Below are positions 1 to 9,375 of a stretch of 64,000 bases of DNA, one piece after another (the stretch's first letter is position 1; the number at the start of each line of letters is the position of its first letter). Under the pieces are notes generated by a model. That model was given only the letters and a program-made list of their open reading frames with translations. It searched no databases and was not told the origin of the DNA. Source of the stretch: Nitrospirota bacterium (GTDB lineage Bacteria; Nitrospirota; JACRHJ01). A program made the position numbers and the translations under genes. The DNA lies in the NCBI GenBank assembly GCA_963845245.1, contig CAWJRJ010000011.1:64001-128000 (forward strand), in the 5' to 3' direction.

Positions 1-3000
1 CCATCGGCAGAAAGCAACTTGACGCACTCCGGCTCTGTGTTTATGATGGTCTCCAGAAAATTCTGGCTGGCCCTAAGGGCGTCTTCGGCCAGCTTGCGCG
101 CGGAGATGTCTATGCCGATGCCGGCAAAATACGCCTTGCCGCCGATATCAAGACGGACCGCGGTGAAATGGTGCAATACCTTTGCGCCGCTCTTCATCTG
201 CAGATTACCGTCGGCTTCCGCGTACCCTTCAGCAAAGCAACGCTCGACACCGCGGGTAATCACTTCGATGTCCTCTTCGCTCCCACGGTACCAATCGAGG
301 AGGTGCATCTTTCCCAGCTCCTCGGCGGAGTACCCCGTAAGCGTTTCATGCTGCTTGTTCCAGCGGATCAAATTTCCCTCATCGTCGTAGAGATAGAGCA
401 TACCAGGGACGCTGTCGAACAGTGCTTTGGTTAATACCTGTTCCCTTTTCAGCGCCTCATCGGCCTGCTTGCGCTCAGTGATGTCTCTGAATATCCCCAT
501 CATATATGTCTTCCCGTCCAATACCATGGGGGTGGAGTTGATGTCGGCGTAAAAGACGGTTCCGTCCTTCCTTTTCACCGGGAGGTCTTGGGCGAGCGAG
601 ACCTCTCTCCTCATCTGCCGCTCAAACTGCTCCATTACATACGGCAGGTCTTCTTCTGGATGAATATCACTCACTCCAAGTGTCTTGATCTCACCGAGGC
701 TGTAACCGAGCATATCACAGACGGTTTTGTTGCCATCGTGAAAAACCCCGCTATCCAGGTCCACGAGGATGATCCCGTCGGTTGCCTCATCGAAGATGGT
801 CCTGAATTTCTGCTCGGACTGTTGTACCTTCTCTTCTGCCTGCTTGCGGAGTTTTTCCTGCTCCATAGTCCATAACGAGAAGGACGTATCCGCTGCAAGT
901 TCGTCCAGGAGCCGTACCTCTTCGTCGTCGAAAAAAGCCGGGATGTCGGAGTGGAAGGCTATTATTGCCACACTGGCATCCTTGGGTTTGATGGGAAATA
1001 TCGCGGTGGAGCGGTAGCCGCGCTTTAGTGCCTCATCCCTCCAGGGTATGACACAGGACTCATCGGCCAGGTCGCCACATACGAAGTGGCTGCCGGCCAT
1101 AATGGCTTCGTGCATAGGGCCTAAGCCCTCAGGGGCATGTTTCAGGACGGCATCAGGAAAGCCATCGTTTCGTCCGCAGACCGCCACAGGCCTCGCAGAA
1201 CGAGTCACTTCGTCAATGAGGCCTACCCAGGCCTTTGCAAAACCTCCATCCTCCACGGCTATCCTGCATATACTGTCAAAAAGATTCTGTTGGTCCGGCA
1301 CCCTGATTATGAGTTGGTTAACATTGCTAAGAACGCGGTAAACGCGGTTGAGGTCCCTGATTTTCTCCTCGGCAGCCTTACGTTCAGTGATATCCTGGAC
1401 GGTGCCGATCCCTGTCAACGCATTGCCGTTTTCGTCGAATTCCACTTTCGCGATTTCTTTGACCCACTTTGTCTCGCCTTCTACAACTATCCGGTGCTCG
1501 ATATCATACGGCTTCCGCTCAAGCGCAGCCGCCCAGGCATTATTGACGTATGCCCTGTCGTCCGGATGCACATCGGAAAGGAAAATTTCGTACGTCAAGG
1601 GCGTACCTGCCGGAATCCCGAAGATACGGTATGCCTCATCGGACCATGTCAATAAATTTTTTACTACATCAAGATACCAGCTGCCGACATGGGCAACTTC
1701 CTGCGCTCTTTTGAGGTTTGCTTCACTCTTCTGTACCGCTTCCTCTGCCTGCTTGCGTATTTTTTCCTGCTCTATAGTCCATAACGAGAAGGAAGTGTCA
1801 GCTGCAAGTTCATCCAAAAGCCGTACCTCTTCGTCGTCGAAGAAAGCCGGGCTGTCTGAGTGGAAGACTACTATTGCCACACTGGCATCCCTGGGTTTGA
1901 TGGGAAATATAGCAGTGGAGAGGTAGCCACGCTTTAGTGCTTCATCCCGCCAGGGTATGACGCAGGACTCATCGGCCAGGTCGCCGCATACGAAGTGGCT
2001 GCCGGCCATAACGGCTTCGCGCATAGGGCCTAAGCCCTCAGGGGCATGTTTCAGGACGGCATCGAGAAAGCCGTCATCTCTCCCGTAAACCGCCACTGGG
2101 TTGACCAAGTGCGTGTCTTTATGGATGAGGCCAACCCAAGCCTTTGCAAAACCTCCATCCTCCACGGCTATCCTGCATATACTGTCAAAAAGATTCTGTT
2201 GGTCCGGCACCCTGATTATGAGTTGGTTGACATTGCTAAGGACACGGTAAACGCGGTTGAGGTCTCTGATCTTGCCATCTGAGTAAGAGACCTGCTCCGC
2301 CATCCTGTCAAAAGTCTGACCCAGGGTCGCAATCTCATCTTTGCCATGAAAGCCGGTACGTACGTCCAATTGGCCAGACGCGAGCTGTTCCGCGCTCTTT
2401 ATCAGGCTTGTTACACGCCTTGAAAGGCTGAAATAAAAGAACATCCACAGCAGGACCGCAAACCCGCCCATGGACAGCAACATGATGATCATCCGGTGGT
2501 ATGCCCTGCTGTGCCTCAGGGCCTTCTGGAGACCAAGGTCATAGTGCGCGTACAGGATGCCGATGCGAGAAGGACGTAGTTCGCCCGCCTTTAATCCAAA
2601 GGCCACGGGAAAATAGCCGCTGACGTATCTTCTGTCGTCGGAAATCCGCACCACGCCGGACATCGTTTTCCTGGCATTCGCCATCATGGACTGGTCCAGG
2701 TACGGTGCAGCCTCCTGCCAGCTCCTGCCTGCCTCAGCGATATGCGTAGAGGTGACTACACTGCCCTGCTCGTCAATCAGCATTGCCGATTTGAAGTTGG
2801 TTTCCGCTCCTCTGTTAAGAAGCTCGTTTTCGGCACTGGTCGTGTCGTTTTGCGCAAGGAGCCTGTTCAGTGTTCCTTGAAGCGCTGTCATATCCTGGAC
2901 CAGCTCGGCAGATACCTCTTCTTCGACATCCCTGTCGCCCGTGATTTTAGTATATTGGAAGATGAATACCGCGACTGCGGCAGCAAAAAGGACGATTGCC

Positions 3001-3056
3001 ACGGGGATAGCGGTCCTCAGCCTGAACCTGTATAGCAGTGCCGGAAGCCATTTCAT
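1..3056 (-). CDS. Membrane multi-sensor signalling protein (TM-periplasmic-TM-HAMP-GAF-PAS-GAF-PAS-PAS...), 3' end outside window; probably a histidine kinase or cyclase
   Basis: Translated by hand (absent from the ORF track because it has no stop in the window): MKWLPALLYRFRLRTAIPVAIVLF..., HAMP (GKDEIATLGQTFDRMAEQ), two GAF copies, PAS/PAC ends (TVQDITERK, IFRDITERK, GIDISARK). ATG at 3056 overlaps the upstream TGA (ATGA). Confidence 0.9.
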   Translation of the reverse strand, partial: MKWLPALLYRFRLRTAIPVAIVLFAAAVAVFIFQYTKITGDRDVEEEVSAELVQDMTALQGTLNRLLAQNDTTSAENELLNRGAETNFKSAMLIDEQGSVVTSTHIAEAGRSWQEAAPYLDQSMMANARKTMSGVVRISDDRRYVSGYFPVAFGLKAGELRPSRIGILYAHYDLGLQKALRHSRAYHRMIIMLLSMGGFAVLLWMFFYFSLSRRVTSLIKSAEQLASGQLDVRTGFHGKDEIATLGQTFDRMAEQVSYSDGKIRDLNRVYRVLSNVNQLIIRVPDQQNLFDSICRIAVEDGGFAKAWVGLIHKDTHLVNPVAVYGRDDGFLDAVLKHAPEGLGPMREAVMAGSHFVCGDLADESCVIPWRDEALKRGYLSTAIFPIKPRDASVAIVVFHSDSPAFFDDEEVRLLDELAADTSFSLWTIEQEKIRKQAEEAVQKSEANLKRAQEVAHVGSWYLDVVKNLLTWSDEAYRIFGIPAGTPLTYEIFLSDVHPDDRAYVNNAWAAALERKPYDIEHRIVVEGETKWVKEIAKVEFDENGNALTGIGTVQDITERKAAEEKIRDLNRVYRVLSNVNQLIIRVPDQQNLFDSICRIAVEDGGFAKAWVGLIDEVTRSARPVAVCGRNDGFPDAVLKHAPEGLGPMHEAIMAGSHFVCGDLADESCVIPWRDEALKRGYRSTAIFPIKPKDASVAIIAFHSDIPAFFDDEEVRLLDELAADTSFSLWTMEQEKLRKQAEEKVQQSEQKFRTIFDEATDGIILVDLDSGVFHDGNKTVCDMLGYSLGEIKTLGVSDIHPEEDLPYVMEQFERQMRREVSLAQDLPVKRKDGTVFYADINSTPMVLDGKTYMMGIFRDITERKQADEALKREQVLTKALFDSVPGMLYLYDDEGNLIRWNKQHETLTGYSAEELGKMHLLDWYRGSEEDIEVITRGVERCFAEGYAEADGNLQMKSGAKVLHHFTAVRLDIGGKAYFAGIGIDISARKLAEDALRASQNFLETIINTEPECVKLLSAD
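835..1362. repeat. Intragenic duplication, copy 2 (GAF domain)
   Basis: Near-identical to 1744-2271 at an offset of 909 bp; 1231-1319 is identical to 2140-2228. Confidence 0.95.
1744..2271. repeat. Intragenic duplication, copy 1 (GAF domain)
   Basis: Near-identical to 835-1362. Confidence 0.95.
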
Positions 3057-4027
3057 GGCCGCGTTCCTCCCATGAACCTGCCGTCAATAAAGTAGCCTCC
3101 ATCGACGGGCTTCTGTATGAGGCCGTTGTCCAGCATGACCTTTGCCGTCTTGTCGGCAGTGGCGACAAGCCTCCTTCCGCCTCCGCTGAAGGCCTCCTGA
3201 TTGTCCTTCAATTTTAGAAGGTAAAGCCCCTTGTAGCTTTCAAGGGTCTGGTCGGCGCTCAGACCCAGCCTGTCGCTCATCCGCCGTGCCGCGTCGCGGG
3301 GGTCTTTATCAATATAATCGAGGGCAAGGAACCACCCGTCCAGGATGTATTTTATATCGCCCGGACGTTTTTCCAGAACCGAGCGGCGTACAACGAGGAC
3401 GTCTATGACTTCGCCCGGTATCCGGGAGCTGTCAAACAACAGCCTTGCGCCTGACCCGAGGAGCTCGGTGCGCACAGGCTCGAAGGTGACCACTGCATCG
3501 ACCTTGCCGGCATTGAACGCCTCAACATGCCCTGACACGTCTATCGGCACGACCACCACGTCCGCCGGAGACATGCCCGCAGATTGCAGGGCACGGGTCA
3601 GCATGAAGGACCCAAGTGCCGTGTTCTCAACCCCAACCCGCTTGCGCTTCAGGTCCCGAAGGTTTTGGATGTATGGCTTCCCCAAAACTACGTCGGCCCC
3701 ATTTGAGTAATCGATTACCAATATCATACTAAGGTCTTGAGTGTACTGTGACAGCAGGAGGGCCTCGTCCAGGGTGAGCGCTGCGGCGGCGATAGCCCCG
3801 TTCTGGAAGGCACGGATGACCTCGGTGGCGGACTTATACTCCACAAGCCTGACTCGGCTGTTGTCATAATATCCCAGTTGCCTGGAGAGGTAAAAAGGCT
3901 CGTAACCTGGCCAGACGTTGGTGCCGACTTTGACTGGCGGGCGCGGCTCCTGCATGCACGCGCCAAGGCAGCACGAGACCAGGATGGTACACAGAGAAAA
4001 TAGGATATACCGGCGAGTCCTATCCAT
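3053..4027 (-). CDS. ABC-type substrate-binding lipoprotein, NMT1/SsuA/TauA-like
   Basis: Lipobox LGAC; motifs WPGYEPFYL, DYSNGADVV, DAVVTFEP, IPGEVIDVL. Start placed at ATG 4027 (ORF track extends to 4072). Confidence 0.85.
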   Translation of the reverse strand: MDRTRRYILFSLCTILVSCCLGACMQEPRPPVKVGTNVWPGYEPFYLSRQLGYYDNSRVRLVEYKSATEVIRAFQNGAIAAAALTLDEALLLSQYTQDLSMILVIDYSNGADVVLGKPYIQNLRDLKRKRVGVENTALGSFMLTRALQSAGMSPADVVVVPIDVSGHVEAFNAGKVDAVVTFEPVRTELLGSGARLLFDSSRIPGEVIDVLVVRRSVLEKRPGDIKYILDGWFLALDYIDKDPRDAARRMSDRLGLSADQTLESYKGLYLLKLKDNQEAFSGGGRRLVATADKTAKVMLDNGLIQKPVDGGYFIDGRFMGGTRP

Positions 4028-4070
4028 ACAGGATAGTATACCAAACTTAAAAGATGCCCGGGAGACCCAC

Positions 4071-4108
4071 AATAATGGCCACTTACGCTAACGTAAGTGG
4101 CCATTATT
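4071..4108. repeat. Type-A junction hairpin (17-bp perfect inverted repeat), most distal copy; may act as a terminator
   Basis: aataatggccacttacg-ctaa-cgtaagtggccattatt; same ggcc(a/g)cttac...gtaag(c/t)ggcc family as at 13764, 20323, 23211 and 36283. Confidence 0.75.
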
Positions 4109-4132
4109 TTTAGTTTCCAAAGCGTTGATAAG

Positions 4133-6359
4133 TTATACAGGCATAATTCTAACGGGCAGGACAAGCCTGAAGGTGCTGCCCTTGCCGACTTCGCTCTCCA
4201 GCTCGACCCTTCCCCCGTGCGCCTCGGCCACAGCCTTCACGATGGCAAGGCCAAGGCCGGTACCGCTGATACCGGCGGTCCTCGGAGAGCGGTAGTATTT
4301 CTCAAATACCATCTCCTGCTCTTCCTTTTCTATACCAGGCCCGGTATCCGCAACGGATATCACGACAGCATCTTCATTGTTTATGGCTATCCTGTCCAGC
4401 CCAACTGTAATTGTCCCTCCCGGTGGAGTATAATTGAACGCATTTTGTATCAGGTTGTTGACTGCTCTCTGGATTAACTTCGGGTCTACCAGGATATTTG
4501 CCGTTACGCCGTCTGGAATCTGCACTCGCAGATCAAGCCCTTTCTTCCGGACGTCGTTTTCCAGCCCCGTACAGATATCCTTTAATATCTGGGTTATGTC
4601 GAACGGGACGGGGTGAACGGACAACTCGCCGGCATCCATTTTTGAAATAGCCAGGAAGTCCTCGATCATCCGGTTAAGCTTTCCGCCGCTTTTAACGATC
4701 GCGCGGACCATCTCCTTTGTATCAGGGTCCAGTTTTCCGGAAGGGTCTTCCAGTATCAGCTCGGAATAACCCAGCATGGCGGCCAGGGGCGATTTTATGT
4801 CGTGCGTCACCATGGCATAGAAGTCGGCTTTCTTCTGTTCGAGTTTTTTCCTTTCCCTGATGTCGCGCGCAATGCCCACGGTACCCAACAGTTCGCCTTT
4901 GTCGTTGTATATCGGGGACTTTATAGTCTCCGCAAATATTCCGTTTCCATCCCTCCCGACTATCTGCTCTTCAACCACCTTCTGCCTGCCGGAACGTATG
5001 GTTTCCTGGTCATCCGCCATGTATTTCTGGGCCAATTCGGTTGACCATAGATGAAGGTCGGTTTTTCCGATTATGTCCTCGGGACTTAAGCCGCATGTCT
5101 TGCCAAATGATTCATTTACGGCCTCATATCTGCCATCTACGTCCTTTAACCACGCTATATCAGGGATGTTGTCTATTATGGATTTAAGCCTGTTCTCGCT
5201 GTCGCGCAGTTCGTCACGAGACGCGGTGATATTCTTAAGGCTGTCTGGTCATACGGTCGAACGCCCTTGAAAGCTGGCCGATCTCGTCACTGGCGGAGGT
5301 GCCGACCTTATAGCCAAGGTTGCCGGAGCCGATTATTTCAGTCCCCTTACGAAGCTCTATTATTGGTTTCGTAATATATCTGGAGGTAACAAAGACAGCG
5401 ATGGCCCCAATGGCAATGATTATTGCCGTCAGTAAAATGGCAAGGCGTTCCAGTCGGCGCACCGGCAGAAATGCCTCGGATGCGTCTATTTTTACCACCA
5501 GCCCCCAGTCAAGCAAGGGTAGGTATCTCCATGCTGCAACCACCTCCCTGCCACGGTAATCAACCGTGATCCCTGCGCCGCTCTTGCCTTGGGCAGCCAT
5601 CTGGAGCGGCAGGGCAACATCCGAGCCGATAACGATCTTCCTATTCAGTGCCGCATCCTGATCATGGCTGAGCGGGTTTAATATCCTTATCTCATTGCCC
5701 ATTTTCTTGCAGATAAGTCGTCTCGCCCGTCTTGCCAAGGCCGGCTGCGTCCTGGATGGAATCATAGAATTCATCCATCTTCTTGTCTAAGGCTACTACT
5801 CCTATAAACTTCCCGTCAAAATCGTGTAGTGGTGCCGCTATAATCATGCTGGCATTGTTGTAATCGTACTTCGTTTTTGAAGATATCGCTGAAATAGATC
5901 CCCTTTCTTCCGTCTTCAAAGGCATCCCTTTCAAGTTCTGACAAGGGTCTTCCGAGGTGTTTTGCCTGATGGGCTTCATTTGTCGCATAGACGATCTTCC
6001 CTTCCTGGTCGGTAAGGATGACGTCGGTATACCCAAGGTCATGGAAGGGTTTCAGTCGTGCATCCAACAGCTTTTTGGCGTCGATGTAGGCAGGGTGAGG
6101 TCTTGGCGTTGAAGTGTTTACTGATTACCGGCAGATACTTTTTGACCATGAAGAAGTGCTGAAAGGATTTTATATCTATTTCCCGTTCGGTGATGAACGT
6201 ATCGATTTTGTCGTGTTTCAGGGCGGCTATATTCGTTACTTCTTCAACCCTCAACTTCTTAAGCGATTCCTTGGTGTTCAAAAAGAAAAGGGCGGCAACG
6301 ATCATCGTTGAGATGATAATTGCCAGGAAAATTGTTATGAGCTTTGTCCTTATAGACAT
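4133..6359 (-). CDS. Sensor histidine kinase (Cache-like, HAMP, PAS, HisKA, HATPase), split by about 5 frameshifts
   Basis: Fragments 6039-6359, 5816-6067, 5692-6042, 5235-5774 and 4133-5035 join into one kinase; HAMP SDEIGQLSRAFDRMT, H-box THDIKSPL, G2 GTGLGL. Confidence 0.85.
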
Positions 6360-6532
6360 GCCCCCCCTATTATGCCTGCTCCTGAAATCTGTCTCTCAGG
6401 GGTGCCGGCTCCCAAGTCGTTACAATATTAAATACTATCACCTAAACTTTCTTTAGTCTATGAAAACCTGATTATGAAGCCGGTCTGATAATTCTGTTGT
6501 TTTCAACAGATTAACCAATGCGAATAAGTAAA

Positions 6533-6560
6533 TTGACTCTGGCCCTGTAACTGGTACAAT
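6533..6560 (+). promoter_or_regulatory. Putative sigma70 promoter for the GT2 gene
   Basis: TTGACT-16 nt-TACAAT upstream of 6606. Confidence 0.45.
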
Positions 6561-6605
6561 TACTAAAGGCGAACTTACAATGAGGCCCTGGGGATAATAC
6601 TGTTT

Positions 6606-7391
6606 ATGCCGAGCAATGATCAAATACCTTTTGTTTCCGTTATCATCCCTTGCTACAACGAAGAAAAAAACCTGAAAAAGGGGGTGTTGGAGGAGGTCCG
6701 CCAGTATCTCGCAAAACAGGCGTACCCCTGGGAAGTCATTATCGTCAATGACGAGTCAACGGACAACAGCAAATATTTAATCGGGCAGTTTATCTCAGAC
6801 AAGCCAGCATTTTCCCTTTTTGATATCCCCCACGGCGGGAAACCTGCGGCGGTCTGGGCCGGGATCGAGAAGGCAAAAGGGGAAATAGTGCTGTTTATAG
6901 ATATGGACCAGTCAACGCCTATCAATGAACTCGGCAGACTGCTCCCATGGTATGAACGGGGTTTCGATATAGTAATAGGTTCACGGGGCAGCGTACGCAG
7001 CGGATATTCCTTTCTGAGAAAGGCAGGAAGCTTCGTGTTCCTCAACTTTCGCCGCCTGTTCCTTCTTCATAATATCCACGATACACAGTGCGGCTTCAAG
7101 TCTGCCAGACGTCAGGCGGCGCTGGAAATATTCCCTCGCCTCCAGTTTTTTGAAGTTGCCGAAAGGCCTACGGGCTGGAAGGTCACGGCATACGACGTCG
7201 AACTCCTGTATTTATTTGAACGGGCCGGGTACCGTATAAAGGAAGTGGACGTGGACTGGTTCAACCGCGATGAAAGCGACACCAAGGGTAAAAAAGGAGA
7301 ACTGGGGCGATATATCCACGAGTCGGTAGATATGGTCAAGGAACTCATCAAAATAAAGCTTCGCCAGCTCAGGGGCGGTTACAATAAATAA
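6606..7391 (+). CDS. GT2 glycosyltransferase, polyprenol/dolichyl-phosphate sugar synthase-like
   Basis: VSVIIPCYNE, IVNDESTD, DxD (IDMD), DIVIGSR, DTQCGFK, YDVELL. Confidence 0.85.
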   Translation: MPSNDQIPFVSVIIPCYNEEKNLKKGVLEEVRQYLAKQAYPWEVIIVNDESTDNSKYLIGQFISDKPAFSLFDIPHGGKPAAVWAGIEKAKGEIVLFIDMDQSTPINELGRLLPWYERGFDIVIGSRGSVRSGYSFLRKAGSFVFLNFRRLFLLHNIHDTQCGFKSARRQAALEIFPRLQFFEVAERPTGWKVTAYDVELLYLFERAGYRIKEVDVDWFNRDESDTKGKKGELGRYIHESVDMVKELIKIKLRQLRGGYNK

Positions 7392-7402
7392 CGAGGCACG
7401 CT

Positions 7403-9253
7403 CTAGAAATACCAGCTCTTGAGCCACTTCAGGTGCTCTATGTACCCCTGGCTAACCTCCATCCCTGAAAGTGCTGGATAGAATACCACGAACAAAACCG
7501 CAACAGCCGCCAGATAAATATACGCTATATAGCGCCATCCCCTGTATTTCTCGGCCATGCTTTTCAGCACGTAGACGATGGAGAGTATCACGAACGGCAG
7601 TACCGGGAAAAAATGATAGATGAAGGCTATCCTCGACACCAGGACCCACGGAAGATAGAGCGATACCAAGGCAATAAAGACGGCCAGCATATTCCTGTCG
7701 CGCCTTTCAGCCGCGATCCCGGCTGCGAAAACTACCGCCGGTATCCCTACCCACCAGATGGCGGGGTTCCCGAACGTTGCTATAGTGGACGCCATGCCGG
7801 CCGGCATATCAGAACCCATATAAAACCATACGGGTTTCACCATCAATGGCCATTGCCACCAGCTGGACTGGAACGGGTGGGTCGCCACAAGGGTCTTGTG
7901 GTAGTGGTACATGTTCTCCATCAGGCTTGGGATATCTGTCAGCCCATGGCCGGGTCCCGGCACCAGCATGAAGGGGATGTACGAGATGATATAAATGACG
8001 ACCGGGATAGCCACGAAAAAGAGTACGCAGTAAAAGAGCGTCCCGAACAGGTATTTGGATACAAAGTCATTAAGCCAGGGCGCATGGCTGCCCTTCTCCA
8101 TCAGGCTCCGGTAGTCCTTGTATTCGCCGTATTTGGCAAGGAAAAAGAGCAAGGCAAGGCCCGGGACGCCGTATACCGCATTCCATTTGGTCGCTGCTCC
8201 GAGGCCGAAGAACAACCCGCTAAGAAACAGCGGCTTCAGCGATTCCTTGTAACCTGTCTGGTAAGACCTGACCGAAAAGTAATCATACATAAAATAGAAC
8301 ATCAGGAGCGAGAAGAACGTCACGTAACTGTCGACGGTGGCTATCCTGGTCAGCGTAAAATGCATGAAGTCGAACATCATGAGGAACGCGGCCGCAAATG
8401 CATAGAACCTGTCGCCGAACAACCTTTTCCCGAATATGTACATGGCGGGAAGCAACATTACTCCAAAGAACGTCCCGACTATGCGCCAGCCGAACGGTAC
8501 CATACCGAATACGAGTATTCCGAGGGCTATCAGGTCCTTGCCGAGGGGAGGGTGGACCGTCTCGAACGGTTCGATGCGGTGTATGTGCTCATAGGCTGTC
8601 CTGGCGTGGTAGATCTCGTCAAATATCATGTCAGAAAGGTAAGAAGGCCTGTATTCGAAACTATTCTGTTCGTCGAACAGGTTGGTCACCTTGCCCTCGT
8701 CCCCTGGGTCGGTGTTATTGGCGGTAACCAAAAACCCTGTTATGGGCGCCTTGCTGTCACGCTCGACAAACGCAAGCTCGTTCAACGTGCCTCCCGGCGC
8801 CTCCACTGTCAGCTTTATCCGGTCCGTCAATACAGGCGGAGTGCTCAGGTACTTCCAAGTGAATATTTCTTTCTTGTCTATCACCGCAAGTGGGTAGTAG
8901 TTGCCGACCCCATCCATGAAATCGAGCCTGTACCTTCCGGACGCCTCCCTTCCGTCTCCAAGGCCTGCGTAATAATATACACGCGATATGACCCTGGGCC
9001 GGTCAAGCTTGACTACGAAACTCTCGCCCGCCTTGACAGGTTTCCATCCGGTCTTCGGGACGTCCAGCCGTCCGAGGTTGACCAGCGCGACGACCAGATA
9101 TACGGCCGTCATCACAGCCATAATGATATAATCCGTGCGGTCTAGAAGCGGTTTCTTTGAAGATTGGGCTGGCTGGGCCACCTTCATATCATCTTTTGAG
9201 GCAGACAGGGTCTCTTTTATTTTTACGCTTTCTGGTTGGGATTTTTTGCGCAT
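7403..9253 (-). CDS. Lipid-carrier-dependent glycosyltransferase, protein O-mannosyltransferase (GT39/PMT) family
   Basis: FDEIYH, HPPLGK, FGWR, ATKW, HPFQSSWWQWP, GNPAIWW; many TM helices. Confidence 0.85.
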   Translation of the reverse strand: MRKKSQPESVKIKETLSASKDDMKVAQPAQSSKKPLLDRTDYIIMAVMTAVYLVVALVNLGRLDVPKTGWKPVKAGESFVVKLDRPRVISRVYYYAGLGDGREASGRYRLDFMDGVGNYYPLAVIDKKEIFTWKYLSTPPVLTDRIKLTVEAPGGTLNELAFVERDSKAPITGFLVTANNTDPGDEGKVTNLFDEQNSFEYRPSYLSDMIFDEIYHARTAYEHIHRIEPFETVHPPLGKDLIALGILVFGMVPFGWRIVGTFFGVMLLPAMYIFGKRLFGDRFYAFAAAFLMMFDFMHFTLTRIATVDSYVTFFSLLMFYFMYDYFSVRSYQTGYKESLKPLFLSGLFFGLGAATKWNAVYGVPGLALLFFLAKYGEYKDYRSLMEKGSHAPWLNDFVSKYLFGTLFYCVLFFVAIPVVIYIISYIPFMLVPGPGHGLTDIPSLMENMYHYHKTLVATHPFQSSWWQWPLMVKPVWFYMGSDMPAGMASTIATFGNPAIWWVGIPAVVFAAGIAAERRDRNMLAVFIALVSLYLPWVLVSRIAFIYHFFPVLPFVILSIVYVLKSMAEKYRGWRYIAYIYLAAVAVLFVVFYPALSGMEVSQGYIEHLKWLKSWYF

Positions 9254-9375
9254 TTTCGTACCTTTAGGTTTAAATAATTACCCGGTTATCGTATTGGGCT
9301 ATATATAAAAGTATACAATATACGGAGCTGGGATGCTTTAATAATTTGAGGGCGGCAACCAGACAAGGGCAGCCA

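Noticed and set aside
7613..9145. 510-aa plus-strand ORF
   Set aside because: Antisense shadow of the PMT-family gene; no recognisable motifs.
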